DNA of 64,000 nucleotides from the IMG/VR virus record IMGVR_UViG_3300025127_000012. The stretch is one strand, 5' to 3'. Below are positions 52,901 to 59,400 of the stretch, one piece after another. The DNA comes from a virus. The notes below the pieces were generated by a model. That model searched no databases, had not been told where the DNA came from, and saw nothing but the letters and a program-made list of their open reading frames with translations. The position numbers and the translations under genes were made by a program. Position 1 is the stretch's first letter. The number at the start of each line of letters is the position of its first letter.

Positions 52901-53199
52901 TCAATCATTACCGAACCATCTTTCGGTAAGAATCCATCTATCTGTTCTACTTCAATCTTTTCTATACTTGTATCAACATCTTTAATTAAAATTGTATTAG
53001 ATGTTAAGATCTTAGGATCATAAGCATCAATATCAAGATATTCAAGTAAATTATTTAATACATTATACGCACGACCAGTCTTCTCTTGTGATTTGTAGTA
53101 TTCAAAGAGAAAGTTAACGAGTTGTTGATCTTCATCCCTTATAAACTCAGGGAGTTGATTACTAACTCTGTCCGAAATGTTTATTTTGTCAGCAAACAT
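31969..53199 (-). CDS. gp7: Giant multidomain baseplate wedge protein (gp7-like, 7076 aa)
   Basis: N-terminal QLPEFIR...FLFEYYKSQE, IKDFYISKGT...LFKILFGE, KIQDSYFYQNFSYVIKS...HPVGF; directly after gp6. Embedded YHYH-like, propeller-like, LamG, CBM-like and Ig modules. Confidence 0.85.
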   Translation of the reverse strand: MFADKINISDRVSNQLPEFIRDEDQQLVNFLFEYYKSQEKTGRAYNVLNNLLEYLDIDAYDPKILTSNTILIKDVDTSIEKIEVEQIDGFLPKDGSVMIDNEVIYYQETVRGPDAILTPGISLEEFNKKRQNLESPITLFDGVKTTFDLKFLGTPVSPVSAEHLVVTVYGTMMQPVVDYTISGSQIVFTTPPRAKTGTDQVEFTQILYYIGFADSVIKKLEYPDVATLSGQESMPITYNSQPYSPISEIGLIINRNGTLQRPYIDYVLTDNNTRIKFFVNITSQDVYHIRSIEYVSPSVGSGAEAVTRIGVNGEIEAIIIKNGGSGYELNFAPKVSIYSSTGVGGNSAARSLVSGIKNIQLISGGQGYTSYNPPLINITPPSDLVNGSRATAAITVDDLTGQVDSVTITDSGSGYDFIPAITFQNPGGASISDPTIDGEGRLNVDSITVTSQGIGYSNPPTIYIDPAPVDGIDAEASCTVSPDGQVVQVTINNRGRGYLTAPRARIIQPVGAQVLDVTVANGSVTNINLLTGGAGYTDAPSVYIVDDRKGPLGEAIGGTGALAAATIFNGEITDINIISFGTGYSESSPPKVYIAEPLSAASSCDVGFGEITGCKILSAGSYYEPSAFLNCARGVSDIVQFDNYGNQIYAKEAQLAQSNHSSGAVVHNLDSQIIRQVFDKFRRQYMPTINIDYSQVNPIQVIKTIKDFYISKGTKTAAQYLFKILFGEQVDVYYPREELVTPSAASWIVDTILRAELISGDPANLPNSQLNQFSDDVDPNIGDANVLIENVISIIEGTDVIYELAISEETLSGVFKIPYKTVLAEPLTTTENIITVDSTIGWPEKNGTIIIGDSEVVQYKEKSLNQFIECTRSKNGVVEDWDPGTTIFSDIFVYVNRDTPTEVKLRVLGIAEAGTTVLEDSGSYYLPGDKLNVAALGSTANDKRLNSWLYNVKKLISVTQITPTQNNNSISQIANVVCANPHGLLVEDKVTIYGANPAVYNGTFEVTSRLDEFTFTYNLPVPTDIIPQGNILLSVDLNRGKSTVNSINEVISLFTSNIQNSFFNSAYVYIAASGLPNYKVGPFTGSALIPGNQRKLLRFPRTVETVSTRTVVAPNTPIGSWVNGVAAWSYKSADVVTFGPLTSISILTNGEDYDAGSKPALEITGGGGTGAAATVTVNGSLFSIAVTNEGSGYTEQPLISIVGGGGSGATAQAVVTNGRVTRILVENAGTGYTSQPTISITGGGGVGALASAQVRGPISGVTLTSPGAGYTSTPSIRLNSGEGALAQPIVINGRIVSIAIINSGSGYTTAPTIFINGDGFGAQAVAVIGTLGEDKGKVISVTITNRGVGYTQGMTTVRLEAVGQLATFQANVFQWNKNLEYELDTKYDVARGYVFTGFNNQYGGEYAHISDPKELRYVVGDNVVLDPVTQSFREIGVNEAHSPIIGWAFDGNPIYGPYGYIDPTDQNSGLRRMRSSYKLKDEVVYDVDTNPTPSRTDGPALSEYPAGIFVNDYEYTFQRGDLDPYNGRFCKTPDFPAGTYAYFITIDESDTGLPVFPYIIGPQFNSVVDTWNLSLNAVQENIPLDVSRFRDPYANVDIDIERQPNQESDQFVTEKEGDVLIFEIEDIDGDGLITPVEIANQQAITEEAALQIYDYFPLVSAESRVDIEVETTTKFESAQIDGFVIENPGVSYQVNDTLFFDNTGTGGFGASAQIESVVGQSIASYQKEIINDIPYGKIVTSANHELIAQDEIIVSSRVITENTNKRFYMSVVTGIETISVDQIGVGYNEQIPATYEIIASQGQDVELDVVLDTTTGKIDTVNIINSGYGYSVDAVPQIRVSHPQQYKKTYYWVNQYAESSASFEIFDIQPADDRTWYVCGELTETNGNSSAFLAKFSDLGGVIWDRTLLPSASIKKARFKRIYLDQTTADDHIIYVLGETESQSTAAYNPDILVVKYQSGLDNANNPEGIVEWQKEIAGVSGSTRSDYAGDLYMDDEQRLYICGWTDTNSVDPDDIWIMQLNSLGDVIEKRKFASPNQGEQLHQIHYIGDDKIIFTGIDLDNNDLMFGEMIYDGSNIEMRYVKKLAVSGGQVRRPQFVIDSYNDLFFTCDMWNGTKHYGVALFKIAMSQVETTAANPTWIFSKIIAPSIAFESITHAGISLDEFGNINLVTHVLYEDNNQQAVINYIKYDGTTLKKSNVISGAWNSGTSSTDYGLGFTAHNHTVDNSGDVIIPANIQKSVQSAVYRFNDTNDLYFDSTKQKKAIPTIVNSAQLVYDSTVQKFGTGSLKFQQYGSLSWANLDNNDDWTVAMWVKMDTSHDSNNPIMEMITAIDDAGSTVKLNIIGAASDANFGKIRMVIAPQGASAVTVDSVGSTYFNTMDAGNWHHIVFVKEEPSLGSYDYSVYFDGVRTNTATSTADIAMDDLTIGCATSGQAITNSFLGNIDDIAIEPRAVYTGSSLQVPTERYRITTVNSNTDYIKFDREHSKRADYQTSTDGIVFTENTNLNINNLNNPVITVWNEGASGLQILDYSDVTSQLSPGTYTFSETITTFASKTSTIPTPLGKRLLITPNVVAKYYIRDAGYSKIDNVLEFTFNQDIKYSKGSIIQQFNSQGVTQAFGTIVEVPTGTLNNPGLGNKYKIGKIYGNFNDSDRFRNDTGEENTIDNVEFNVKRPQEQWVTGKAYVVGDQVYSAGKIYAATNSATSGVTAPTHSIGIVTDGAVTWNFISVSATLQVNLADYAWPRPSEPEWEENRSYSANDFVYYGRYKYQAQADGIAGPTAPVHTTGTVSDGNVNWAYVSTYTGLDSFARFRPYAENDYRVQIMGIYTDSDFIVGDVISLGNSITAIPNADNPKIADIDGIGSVSKIRFTVNLDKDIIRTANARTDLIYATATTAHNLNANDILYVEGFTTAEFNGSFFVQELFSSRDYTYRLRSTATADPLFVNSGIANVKISSKHPTLLLVRNHSYIFDMSDASNFGYFLSFSQDNQFKLEYSFNVIEREGTPGVASATETPTVQFTIGGEVTNITYYFDPSRLGSNSPVGANSFIDVIKTPFDGTFRIAEVLSDTEFRFPLLHEPEFTNANIGLDDQDQPNSKYSTTSVKAIGPINNIKLISPGGFYQRLPVVSDIASDRKIEKVRIGNGGTEYAVGVYTQVPILGDGEGGLVQITVEVDEEIGSGTITDVALTDPGKGYTEASIDVDGIEGILGPTLSGSGAELNVIIPAEGSGAAVFLTGRQIGKIKTLKNNEFGYGYSHDYTLRPEIAFPVNLQLFNTSILSQITITNPGAGYTSPPSVIIEGGGGSGAEAEAIVKNNRLSEILIKNPGAGYSSQPVVTLKSEFTYVVNLDLNYLQFNFPHGITTGAAVQFRAEDIGSTVGVLPKPSSVGLTSLSSSQTYYAITGDANSLESDQLRFALTPVDAQSGNFITFLTQGDGRQVLLTEVFGGQADAIVETSRFLEGEEVFQGETYELASAFGFVSENEGWQIQPKILKITNPRGDFVVGGKVQGVISRASGIIDNLNIAKGVLNIDALTRTPGRFIDDVGKPSEIVQKIQDSYFYQNFSYVIKSKIPINRWKEQILENNHPVGFNMFGQLELTGGKDVSGRKVIAGFTKQVNINEYTNVNQITSFGAAQPIYSTFNNSEVLFRKKRLTNSEEILTSIVKKIDNIASQFDGSRKSFPIAVEGENLVVNENQLLITLNGIIQAPGTSYSVVGNNLVFAEPPKPDSKVVYRNVEVDLYPITRFNLNTIGGIFPSIGDTVFGFVSNATARVVATGATSIDVVDIQNGPFVLNERIDVSRTGFSALIGSIDDSITKIFLQNIGGEFTQSALAGDKVTGATTGATATIQTVDAVNQTIDVVDMANGYFDRGENVSFFTAGYGANVLNVDSVNYKTIFEFGETVTSLDGNTAVIEENNLDLDGVIDDKLVLSKTSGTSEYETGTYSIFLNDIIYSASSNIAAKITSISPYRDPIVSINLVRPVGSTSGSWSTFEEGDKFQGPGGTATGEIVRIDFEANPVRLYYLKSSEAEIQDGETIQRYFPDAQGNRLLDSLTEVVSGDNVLGDIVDTLIINKGSTFNGIIFERLISLTNQNVILDNIAETTITPTTLTDADNRINADFLDFEEVRSTEIEYENLTGGVIAANDMLRSITFEYGNQVTNAKNRWQDGGRMIALNKDEIVDFANAQIAVEHPGFYYPGDNMTDAWSRYADAYRLIIRNIDYIANKAYALMVAQYPSLTIPSGPKCIRDTKYMIEALAFDVYSGGTKYTRKLLQKYFSTDGTTFLYVNNEAEATNYAFGQAVSLMKQALSNMLTGSETVDGVTYVKYNERTAGGSSGTGITADPSPGNPYGTAGTNTTNYGATNCSDVQSALQTLYDNVSVVLTAGSLADLLDEVTVTQYTAHEIKCRRDIGYLVDALSADITSDGNFQTVKFIKTYFDNLGVPITNGFVGEVKEYLSAFKHVAELCKKAINNLLYVQVNTRTPETGYMLKDPTTYQGPYLGAAGTTLTQFTPTAVTYTPANGQLVMTIGSHSLTTSDTVKIRPYSLNFTCTMDGGATFHPYPRTGDPAFNADLNISATTPTSITVDVGASPLVQYTPTGATYDPATGVMVLTIGSHNLDIGDPVTIADLSITFTCTQDNNTTPKQYPRTTDPASGASLPVVAKDSTTISVNVGASAQTDQYAHTFVTASSNAVSSGGGFTHTFISAEPNAVYNGGGTEAAYYDPNYYSGVNEGLGNCADVQAGIHTLITHVTTAIGAGSLSAVPTGAALNDGGYVENENLRVFKIAYKDLEGNGFFLPGETIRGATSNANFICKGTNAGLKWLFTNAVTGSFQDREYVSNSKLTVNGSAVLTKLQKKAGTQSIRFDAGSYLAHTLSDRQKFGTNDFTIEMWIRPNAVTGTQFLYDTRTTSATLVGSPVLYLDGTQIKYWYNSTDQIAGAHNLTANVWSHIAVTRTTGITKLFVNGTQVGGDYNDTNDYLERPFTIAADWQGANGFVGHMDNFLLHTESKYSNTFTPGFTYPTDTAKVTFGLDCESPIIISTEDCFGIYTGQTNSTATSKKVNYDTKEVIIEDIDLGRDSYREAADILELNLDWMAETAVGLMAAKYPDFIIPGDSNTSTTGTAKCVRDTKEYIAKAIIADLRYGGNYNSTISGRGYLTKAGGLDYVGNELLQSVYAWNELANVMNYIITTTSSDLVNYPAAGTKYTEILRVPNNFSSPASQAIQDEITNLADQIINILAPTGDRFRDAGDALWKNRDYIAEEVALKIQDDYKANINGTDYDFLVMPGYGQPYCERDIKVYILPAVVTDLLTGGNSATQYAIDQYINPSSQIIHVEDQLSAMLDAFEHTKKLAHHAINQTLLTFGTTASSLGISAEYVDDYYVAQYTQIEAYRDTTVTIDTQAPDQSRVSPSHNIWMDTADQLERNKHVIAWEAVHTMNDMSYFLDFQVPGGRTNCADDLVDVIEAMVHDIRLGGNSKTWDAAALYLDPEDSSLIHVEGEDKASKWAMTWAMEIAILTMRNGFGRENLYIYDPEDNSGTTEGGEVTGGGTTESFNEVETSTYEQNAVIDRFIDAANIVERNIRFIAEQAVHEMLVQFPSLHNTDWVSGVGPFTPAAGSMTYDAATGVITYDHGSAHGLTTGRKIYVRQESLVFTCTKDNNNSEHAYPRTTDPWYNKGIAITSTGTNTFTFNVGAAGANDQYAHTFVRAEHEAITVAGKHDCVQDVTDVLDAMQWNLRNGGNNKVFHAAEMYTDGTALAHVSGYVTEVTWVMNKARDLAIQVMRQETVNTAGSTHGFSQKLFTDLDFFPYNQSNYTITADGSTPLCADVASALTTFTSIVTDTLANPVQITDGTIQKSLPNIWPIKYANDMANRDTTITFDENGGTSGWNNTCAQAASGIETLFNLVMDTIEVAASSSPAPSHLTTVTRTTPYNSNAAYQLYTCYNVVSASDTLFDLMIDTLGGGNSPHTGGNYSERFIARYLTFNKGAISRKAFAETQSQYPTTNAEIGFAETIMDAIIYDLNTRGNAGMMKYVNTWFDGEGNFIAFPTVVRQHLVFYLLRIAEAAKRISYDQNNTSEWGQNNTYDAYFDPTLSDAIINRIEYQKESTEFFMDASINVAEFALTRGTPPTNNTITWINNTHATNDRNLYDEGNDWNTDPDLVLNTPTVEVGFERREHRVKITRPNFYSRGDVLTYVPASADIEKGLQGQNWFYVLNATPTYFEISREIRHDARYSRFRVDTLTTGQQQFAVDVRSGIERAPTTFGVRDIDTPVSGGFNIADVVAGITSDSRADVIRTRNNEAKVIKLYSKFFIDAASGRFTNGETIQVQGSASNNGQIVQTSVLTGDNSNEGYIYVENITGAFSNDDVLEGVDSGVTASVNGTGKTRMLVNLERGAFAVNEMIFNKANSAEADIVLYENSAGALTSNTGGRISIDIESLDQDFVDGDIIYGSVTDRILDIADIRVSGLDQIELNQFVHGTKTVQYQVASVTRDQGFTGDFAAGDLVYLLQGTIPKEPGWTAVVTEYNYDPDNSIHNIYLANFTPYGQAPDGSTVDDPNLAVNGAIGKFENLNNFPIIFANLSSNTITNYTSYGRVAGKAISGTTGRLWLEDVSGDFPSNLSIISDYGWTAGVTQSKGLLGRCDRYFRGFDGVATTFKLTVNNGERYFPDPAGHILTFINGVLQPPGANFAYTAFSDQIQFTEPPTIGSEFIGYYVGKLRQLDDISFEFDSLRSSFNLKYLGGFYSLTLTEGVSSNTILPENNIICSLNGVIQEPGIGYELVGSRIIFAETPRAGSTFVAFSYIGSDADVIAATVVPPIEAGDVLEIDGEGSPREVALIESSNSLITFEYTGTVKGRDAAALSTIKSGEITKAIITTPGDGYSSRPQVDVISSTGFDGRVRALMGISSIVVKNAGIGYALPDVVVETTVEDDFVAPTGGGVNGGFDTYLGQGTDADGNPIVIVAGYIVINAQPTNVTVNQGQTASFTVDASFRLQSDNSVGTTPLNYQWQRKQYGETAWSNITGSTQAVYTSNAAEQADDGDEFRVAITAAGAQPVYSNSVILTVQTGATVISNFTPNQLFQ

Positions 53200-53204
53200 C
53201 TAAT

Positions 53205-55304
53205 TTAGAAACAGGAGTCGATTTCTGGATAGGTAAACGCATCTATCGGGTAATTAATTGTATTTATGGTGCCTCCACCATAGTTCCAACCACCAAAGTT
53301 GTAAGGATCAAATCCACTTACGTTTGCTGGATTAGTAATGTAATCAACAGGATAAACTTTCGGATCAAATAACGTAGGATCGACACCTGGTGGGATTGAT
53401 AATCCATCACCGTCAGGTAATACTACAATAGGAACACGAGTTGTACTGTCAGGGGTATCTGCAATATTTAGCGGTCCAGCACAGACTTTTCCAGTGGCAT
53501 AGTCAACTGTACCAACTGATGAAGAAAGGATGACCTCTTTTTCATTTCTATTAGTAACCATCAATAGGTTACCTTTTCCATCATCACGAAGATTTACTGG
53601 CACTAAGGTTTGTGATTCTACTAGGGTACCATTAAATACTGCTGCTTCAAGACCACTTGACTGTTCAGACGTAGTAAGGGATCCTGCTGCTTCACCAGCA
53701 GCAATTAAGTCTGCTACTTCCTCTGTATAACCAGTTGCATAGAATGAACCAGACTTAACAGATGAGAACTTAGGATCACAATCAGCACCTTCACCACCAC
53801 CTAATGAACTGGGGTCTGTTAGGACATTACCAAAGTCAAGACACTGAGTAAATACGTTACCAAATGTAAACTGGTCTAAATTCTGACCAATAGTCATCTG
53901 TGTCGTTGTACCAGCGATAGCATTATCAGCAGAGTCAATCATACTATTGAATTTTGACATTTCAAGACGACCACCAAATCTGTCATCTCTATTCTGTGAG
54001 TTAAACTTGTCAACTGACTTCAAAATAGCAGATGCTAATTCGTTAGAAGACCTTGTTGTACTGTTACCATCAAATGATGGATAGATCTTAGGTGACAAGT
54101 AGAAAATGCGTGGATCAACAACTACTGGTTGAATCGACGCCATGGAGTATGCAAGTAGTTGATTCTGAATACGTTTCTTTGTTGTAGTGTTTAAGTTCAC
54201 ACCAGACTTTGATCTGACTGCGATAAACACTTTACCGTACTCAGGGGGTGAGAGTTTCTCACCACCATAGGCAGTTACTGCTGCTGCCTGGGGATAGATG
54301 TCTTGAACAATGTGAGCGTAGTCATTCTCCGTAACTGCTCTGTTCTGCGTCGAGAATGCCCTAGGAGCGCGAAACTTAACTGACAGGGCAGATTCTCTCT
54401 CCTCGCCACTTTGACTGCTGTCAATCGTTGCTAGGGACATCTGAGAGGGTAATACAGCACGTCCTATGATATCCACTGCTTGACCTATGAAACTAAACTT
54501 ATTAGCACCGTTTGCTTTTGGTCCATCAGTAGTAATGTACTCTAACACAATAAACTCATTATCAATCAACTTACGTCCTAGAACTCCATCACCAAATATT
54601 ACCTTGTATCTAAGATCTTCTGTCTCTTCTAAAAAGTAAACACGAGAAGTTGCAGTCAATGCTGTTACATTTGATGTAAGAGAGTATTCATCAATCTCAG
54701 CAGACTGTTCATTTGGTTTTACAGATACTGTAAGTAACTCAGTATCAACTCCCTCAGCAGGAATTACATAGTTTGCCTTAGCAGTGTCATCAACTGTATA
54801 ATTGAAAGTAACAAAGTTACCTTGATAGATTACGAGTTGAGCGAATGTTGCTAATCCAGTAGTTTGGTCAACTGTTGCTTGTGTGTCTCTTGTAAGAGCA
54901 TATGTAAATGTCTCACCATTAATCTCAGATATAAACACATCACCCTTCTTGATAGTGATACTATCAGGGTAACTCTGAGCACCAGGTAATACTGCTGCCT
55001 GTGCAGTAATACGAACACATGCTTTTGCTGCCTTTATTGATCTAGGTGTATAGTTTATCTGCTTTGCAATTCTTACAACGTTATCTCTTACTGTCGCTGA
55101 TTCTAGAAACGCTTCATTCATCGACATGTTAGCGGTGAATGCGCTGTAATAAGTATTGTACGCTAATGTGTCTATTAGGTACGCTGCACTAGATCCTTCA
55201 AAGTCATAATCAGTAAACTCAGGTCTTGTTCTGAGATATGACTTAATTGACTCCTTAATCTCGAAGAAATCTAATGACGTTAGATTCGATGGGGTGGCAG
55301 GCAT
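53205..55304 (-). CDS. gp6: Baseplate wedge subunit
   Basis: LDFFEIKESIK.YL, FTDYDFEGS, LAYNTYY, NEAFLESATVR, FGDGVLG, QNRAVTENDY, YGKVFI. Confidence 0.97.
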   Translation of the reverse strand: MPATPSNLTSLDFFEIKESIKSYLRTRPEFTDYDFEGSSAAYLIDTLAYNTYYSAFTANMSMNEAFLESATVRDNVVRIAKQINYTPRSIKAAKACVRITAQAAVLPGAQSYPDSITIKKGDVFISEINGETFTYALTRDTQATVDQTTGLATFAQLVIYQGNFVTFNYTVDDTAKANYVIPAEGVDTELLTVSVKPNEQSAEIDEYSLTSNVTALTATSRVYFLEETEDLRYKVIFGDGVLGRKLIDNEFIVLEYITTDGPKANGANKFSFIGQAVDIIGRAVLPSQMSLATIDSSQSGEERESALSVKFRAPRAFSTQNRAVTENDYAHIVQDIYPQAAAVTAYGGEKLSPPEYGKVFIAVRSKSGVNLNTTTKKRIQNQLLAYSMASIQPVVVDPRIFYLSPKIYPSFDGNSTTRSSNELASAILKSVDKFNSQNRDDRFGGRLEMSKFNSMIDSADNAIAGTTTQMTIGQNLDQFTFGNVFTQCLDFGNVLTDPSSLGGGEGADCDPKFSSVKSGSFYATGYTEEVADLIAAGEAAGSLTTSEQSSGLEAAVFNGTLVESQTLVPVNLRDDGKGNLLMVTNRNEKEVILSSSVGTVDYATGKVCAGPLNIADTPDSTTRVPIVVLPDGDGLSIPPGVDPTLFDPKVYPVDYITNPANVSGFDPYNFGGWNYGGGTINTINYPIDAFTYPEIDSCF

Positions 55305-55305
55305 G

Positions 55306-55719
55306 TTATGTTCTCTCTAAAAGGAATTCAACCACTTGTGTTTGTGGTTGTCCAACGATGGCATATTCAATACCAACGTCTATACTATGTTCATCCTCAG
55401 AAAGTCTCACGTCAACGTCGATTAACTCGACTCTTGGTTCTAATCGTTCTATTGTGTTTGATATTTCATCTTTTAAGTCTTCTGACATGAAAACATCAAA
55501 CGGTTCAAATAATAGACCTCTCACTCTTGACCCAATGGTCGGTTGGAAAGGTCTTTCACCAAAACTTGTCAATACAAGGTTCCGAATCGATTGCTTGATA
55601 GCATTTTCGTTTGTTACTGCTGAGAAATCATTAGTATTAGGATTTGCTTCAAAAGAAATCGCTAAATCTTTGAATCCACGAGATAAGAACTTTTCTGATC
55701 GGAATCTGTATGTCGACAT
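55306..55719 (-). CDS. gp25: Baseplate wedge subunit (gp25 / gpW family)
   Basis: FKDL, AIKQSIRNLVLT..GERPFQP.IGS, EPRV. Confidence 0.95.
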   Translation of the reverse strand: MSTYRFRSEKFLSRGFKDLAISFEANPNTNDFSAVTNENAIKQSIRNLVLTSFGERPFQPTIGSRVRGLLFEPFDVFMSEDLKDEISNTIERLEPRVELIDVDVRLSEDEHSIDVGIEYAIVGQPQTQVVEFLLERT

Positions 55720-55725
55720 TACGAT

Positions 55726-55752
55726 TATTTAGTCGTTACAGTTTTATTTATA
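55726..55752 (-). promoter_or_regulatory. Two tandem late promoters (TATAAATA 55745-55752; CTAAATA 55726-55732)
   Basis: Exact and near consensus in the 39-nt gap before gp25. Confidence 0.75.
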
Positions 55753-55758
55753 GCAGTT

Positions 55759-55911
55759 TTAGCGACCTTGCCCTCTATACTTCTTTTTCGCCTTATTTCT
55801 CGACGTAGCACTGACTTTTGTGTTCTGTGACGCACCCTGTCTTGTCTTTTTTGGGATTGTGTCCGAAACTACCTGAGATCCGAAATTTCCTGTCTTTGTT
55901 CTGACTGGCAT
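55759..55911 (-). CDS. 50-aa basic conserved T4-like protein; not in the ORF track
   Basis: MPVRTKTGNFGSQVVSDTIPKKTRQGASQNTKVSATSRNKAKKKYRGQGR; the KKT.QG and KKYRGQGR motifs are familiar from T4-like marine phages next to gp25. Confidence 0.85.
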   Translation of the reverse strand: MPVRTKTGNFGSQVVSDTIPKKTRQGASQNTKVSATSRNKAKKKYRGQGR

Positions 55912-55930
55912 AACTTAAAAATAGAATATT

Positions 55931-56464
55931 CTATGATGATAGCACATTTGGTGACCCATATGCAACCACGCTGTTACATGGATAACTATATGCCAACGTA
56001 CCTACCCCCAGAGGGTCTAGAACACGTCCGATTGGTAACTTAGTAACATATACAGTCAAAGAGGTCGCAAATAAGATTCTTATATGACCTACACCACCCA
56101 TATCTTCTGCTGTAAGTATGCTACAAGGGATTGGAGTCGGAACTGGGCATAAAGATTTACCACATGGGCACATATAGATGATAATATTGGTACATGGTGA
56201 AATATGTGGTATGAATCTATCACCAAATGTCATTGTAGGCAACCCATTGGTCAATACCATCGCTTTCAATGGACTAAGTGGTCCAAAAGGCACCAATGGA
56301 GTGGGTGGCCACCAACATGTCCACTCTTTTATCCTAATACTATAAGGAATAGGTGGTGAACCACAAGATTGCACAGAGTGAACCGTACTTGGGATACAAA
56401 TACCGTGTCCCGAGCAAGGTAAACCTGTAATAGGTGCTACTGGTAGTAAAATTCCTGCTGCCAT
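55931..56464 (-). CDS. PAAR-like spike-tip protein (gp5.4-like), Cys/Pro-expanded
   Basis: CSGHG, V.TNGLP....GD....H, TVYVTKLPIGRV.D, C...VA.GSPNV; position near gp25. Confidence 0.8.
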   Translation of the reverse strand: MAAGILLPVAPITGLPCSGHGICIPSTVHSVQSCGSPPIPYSIRIKEWTCWWPPTPLVPFGPLSPLKAMVLTNGLPTMTFGDRFIPHISPCTNIIIYMCPCGKSLCPVPTPIPCSILTAEDMGGVGHIRILFATSLTVYVTKLPIGRVLDPLGVGTLAYSYPCNSVVAYGSPNVLSS

Positions 56465-59400
56465 TATTGTGTCATGTCCGTTGCGGGGTTAGTTGAGAAA
56501 TCAGAAACTGGATTGTTCGCTATTTCTGCTTCATAGTCAAAATCAGGGTCATAATTTTCTCTCCATGAGTCATCCTCAAATTCTAGGTCGTTAATATCGC
56601 GTGCTTGTGATTTTAACAGTTCAGCATCACCTGGATCATGTGACGCTTTGTGAACTCGACGTCTTCTTAGTGGAGGTTGTGGATTTATCTGTGCAGGAGA
56701 CTGACCAAATGCTTCTCCTTCACATTCTGCGAAAAATGGGTTGCCCATATTCTGCACTGCTTGCCCAAATGCGATGTTAGAGCCCGTGTTCCAGTTTTTC
56801 ACGTTCATGGTTCCTGTATATGGTCCCATACGCATACCAAGTTGCGTAAACATACGCGGATCAACAGCAACAGAGATGTCATTGACGTATTCAAGACCGC
56901 AAGCGTTGTTATTATTGAATCCAGAGGTTCCATAAGAGGCACTTAGGGTTCCTGTGCATGGACTAGACCCGCAAGTGTACCCATTGTACAGTCCGCTGCT
57001 TGTCCAGTACCCTCCTCCTGCTGTTTTACCTTGTGTATTGTTGTTATTGTAGTACGCAGAGTAAACATCTAGCACTCCGTTAGCATTATTACCGTGTCTA
57101 AGGTATGTATCCCAACATTCATTAGGTGGAACTCCGCCCGAAAGCGCAGAAACCGAAATTACATTGAATGTTTGAGAGAAAGGATCCCCACTATTGCTCA
57201 CACTCTTAGTAGAATGGACAAAATTGTTGCCTAACCAGAGTTCAAGTTGCTGTACTTCCGAAAAACCAGCAGCATCCCAACTAAAAGTGTTCTCATCAAG
57301 TCCTACTGGCACGAAAACTACGTCATCTGCTCCGCTAGGTGCCCAATAACACCTTCCTTCAATGTTCTGACGAGTGCATCTCCACATTTTCTTCTTATTT
57401 CCGCTATCAATCACAGGTCTAGTTGGTTGAACTTGGGGTCTTGCCAACTTTTGCATGAATTCCATGAATGCTTCACCCTGTGGACCTGTTGTTTTGCCCT
57501 CAACAGACAAAGAAACCTTAAATGATGCGTTGTCACCCTCTGCTGCACAGTATTTGTAGATCATCCACCCAAAATTCTTACCAGTATCTTCATCAACATA
57601 GGGACAAGGTAGGTCTTGGAGACGTGTAACGGTCTTAAACTTGGGTTGGGCTATGGAAATACACTCATCACCACTGTTCCACCCGTACAAATCGCTTAGA
57701 GAGGTCGTAGACTCGTCAGATGTGGTTGCACCACGTTTCATTTCTGGGTATTGATTCTCCATTACACTCTTAAAACTGCTATTGACCTCTATGATGCCCT
57801 GTACAGTCTCTACTGGGAACAATGCTTTACCTACAACTGATGGCATTTCGATGTTTACACACCCTGCTGGTAAGTTATTGCATAGTTTAGTCTTCTCAAC
57901 ATCATCAGGACTGGTCATCTTGATGTATCCAGTAGGATATTCAGCAGTGAACCCTTCCATCATGCTTTCAAATGACCCCATAACACCATCATCCATGATA
58001 GAAAGTTGATTTTCTTTCGCTCCACTCTTTGTACGCACCTCTCCTTTAATACCAGTGACCTCTTGTGACCCCTGTGAGGGTTCTACACCAGTTCCACGCA
58101 TCCTTTCAGTAAGGTCTTCGGTCTTTTCATTAGCATCTACGGTACCCTTGAACCCTTTTTGCTGTTGCTTTGTATTAGGACCACGCATTTTATACTGTTC
58201 ATCCTCTGTTTGGATGATCCAAACCTTTGGTTTGCGGTTAGGATCGGTGTCATAACCAAATCCACGGTCTCTAATCACGATCTCATCTATTGCTCCGTCG
58301 GCAGTTAGGGATAAAATCTCCACTTTTGCCTGTCTGAACTTACCCTTCCTCCTATGTTCCGCGCTAATTGTCCTTACTTTTGATCTATCGTTCATAGATA
58401 CGCTCTGTTCATCCACATCTGGTTCATCATCTGCACCAACAACCTGTGTATTTGAGTCTTTTCCGTAAGGAACCTTTGCTTCACGCTCGTTCATATCACT
58501 TTCTATGCTTCTTTCCGAGTCTCTTTGGTTCTCTTTAATGCTATTAAAGGTAAAATTGTGCTTAGTTCCGTCAGGATTGTCCAATGTAGAGGTAGGAGAA
58601 CGCAAAGGTGCACCTTCCCAACCATCTAATTGCCTCATATTCTCTTTTACGTTGTCCATTGACCCACCTTCTGTGAGTTGTGCGGGTTCTTCTATGACAA
58701 TTTTTGGATTTATGTACCCTCTTCCACCGTTGATTATCTGAATTGACTGAATTTCTCCGTTCTTATTGACGATACACTCCACATCTGCGATGTCAATCGA
58801 CTGTTTACTGACCAATGCGGTCTTATCTATCTCAACTCGGTAGTAAGATACACGTTTAGGGAACTCATATACTCCAAAGAACCCTGCTTTGTCCGCTATT
58901 CCATACCCACATATGACTTGTGCCTCTTTTCCGTTCTCTCCATTCGCAGTAATTGTCTGATTGTAGGTAAATTTCTTGCCTTCTCCCTTCAATTCCATGT
59001 ATCCTGCTCTTAGTTTGTTACCAAAATATGCAACTTCACTAATTTCCCACCCATTTACGGTGTCACCTACGCTAAATGAGTCACCAAATCGGGTTGTGTA
59101 ACGGAAAAGTATACGTTTTGTGTCTGTGTCAACAGTTTTGAACGACTCATTGATACCAGTTCCGCCAGGTGCACCTGTAATTGCCATTTTAGAACGTGTA
59201 GTTTTCCAAGAATCCTCTCTAATCTCATAAAAATGTGAGTAATAGTCGTAAGTAAGGAGTGATTCATTACACAAACAGTTACCACCTGACTTTTGGTTAG
59301 GGCAACAGTTACGATTTGACGTTGCATACTGGATTCCAAAGACAGGACCCTTCCATGGATAGGAAGTATCGTACACATAATAGGTAAATTGACTGTCAAA

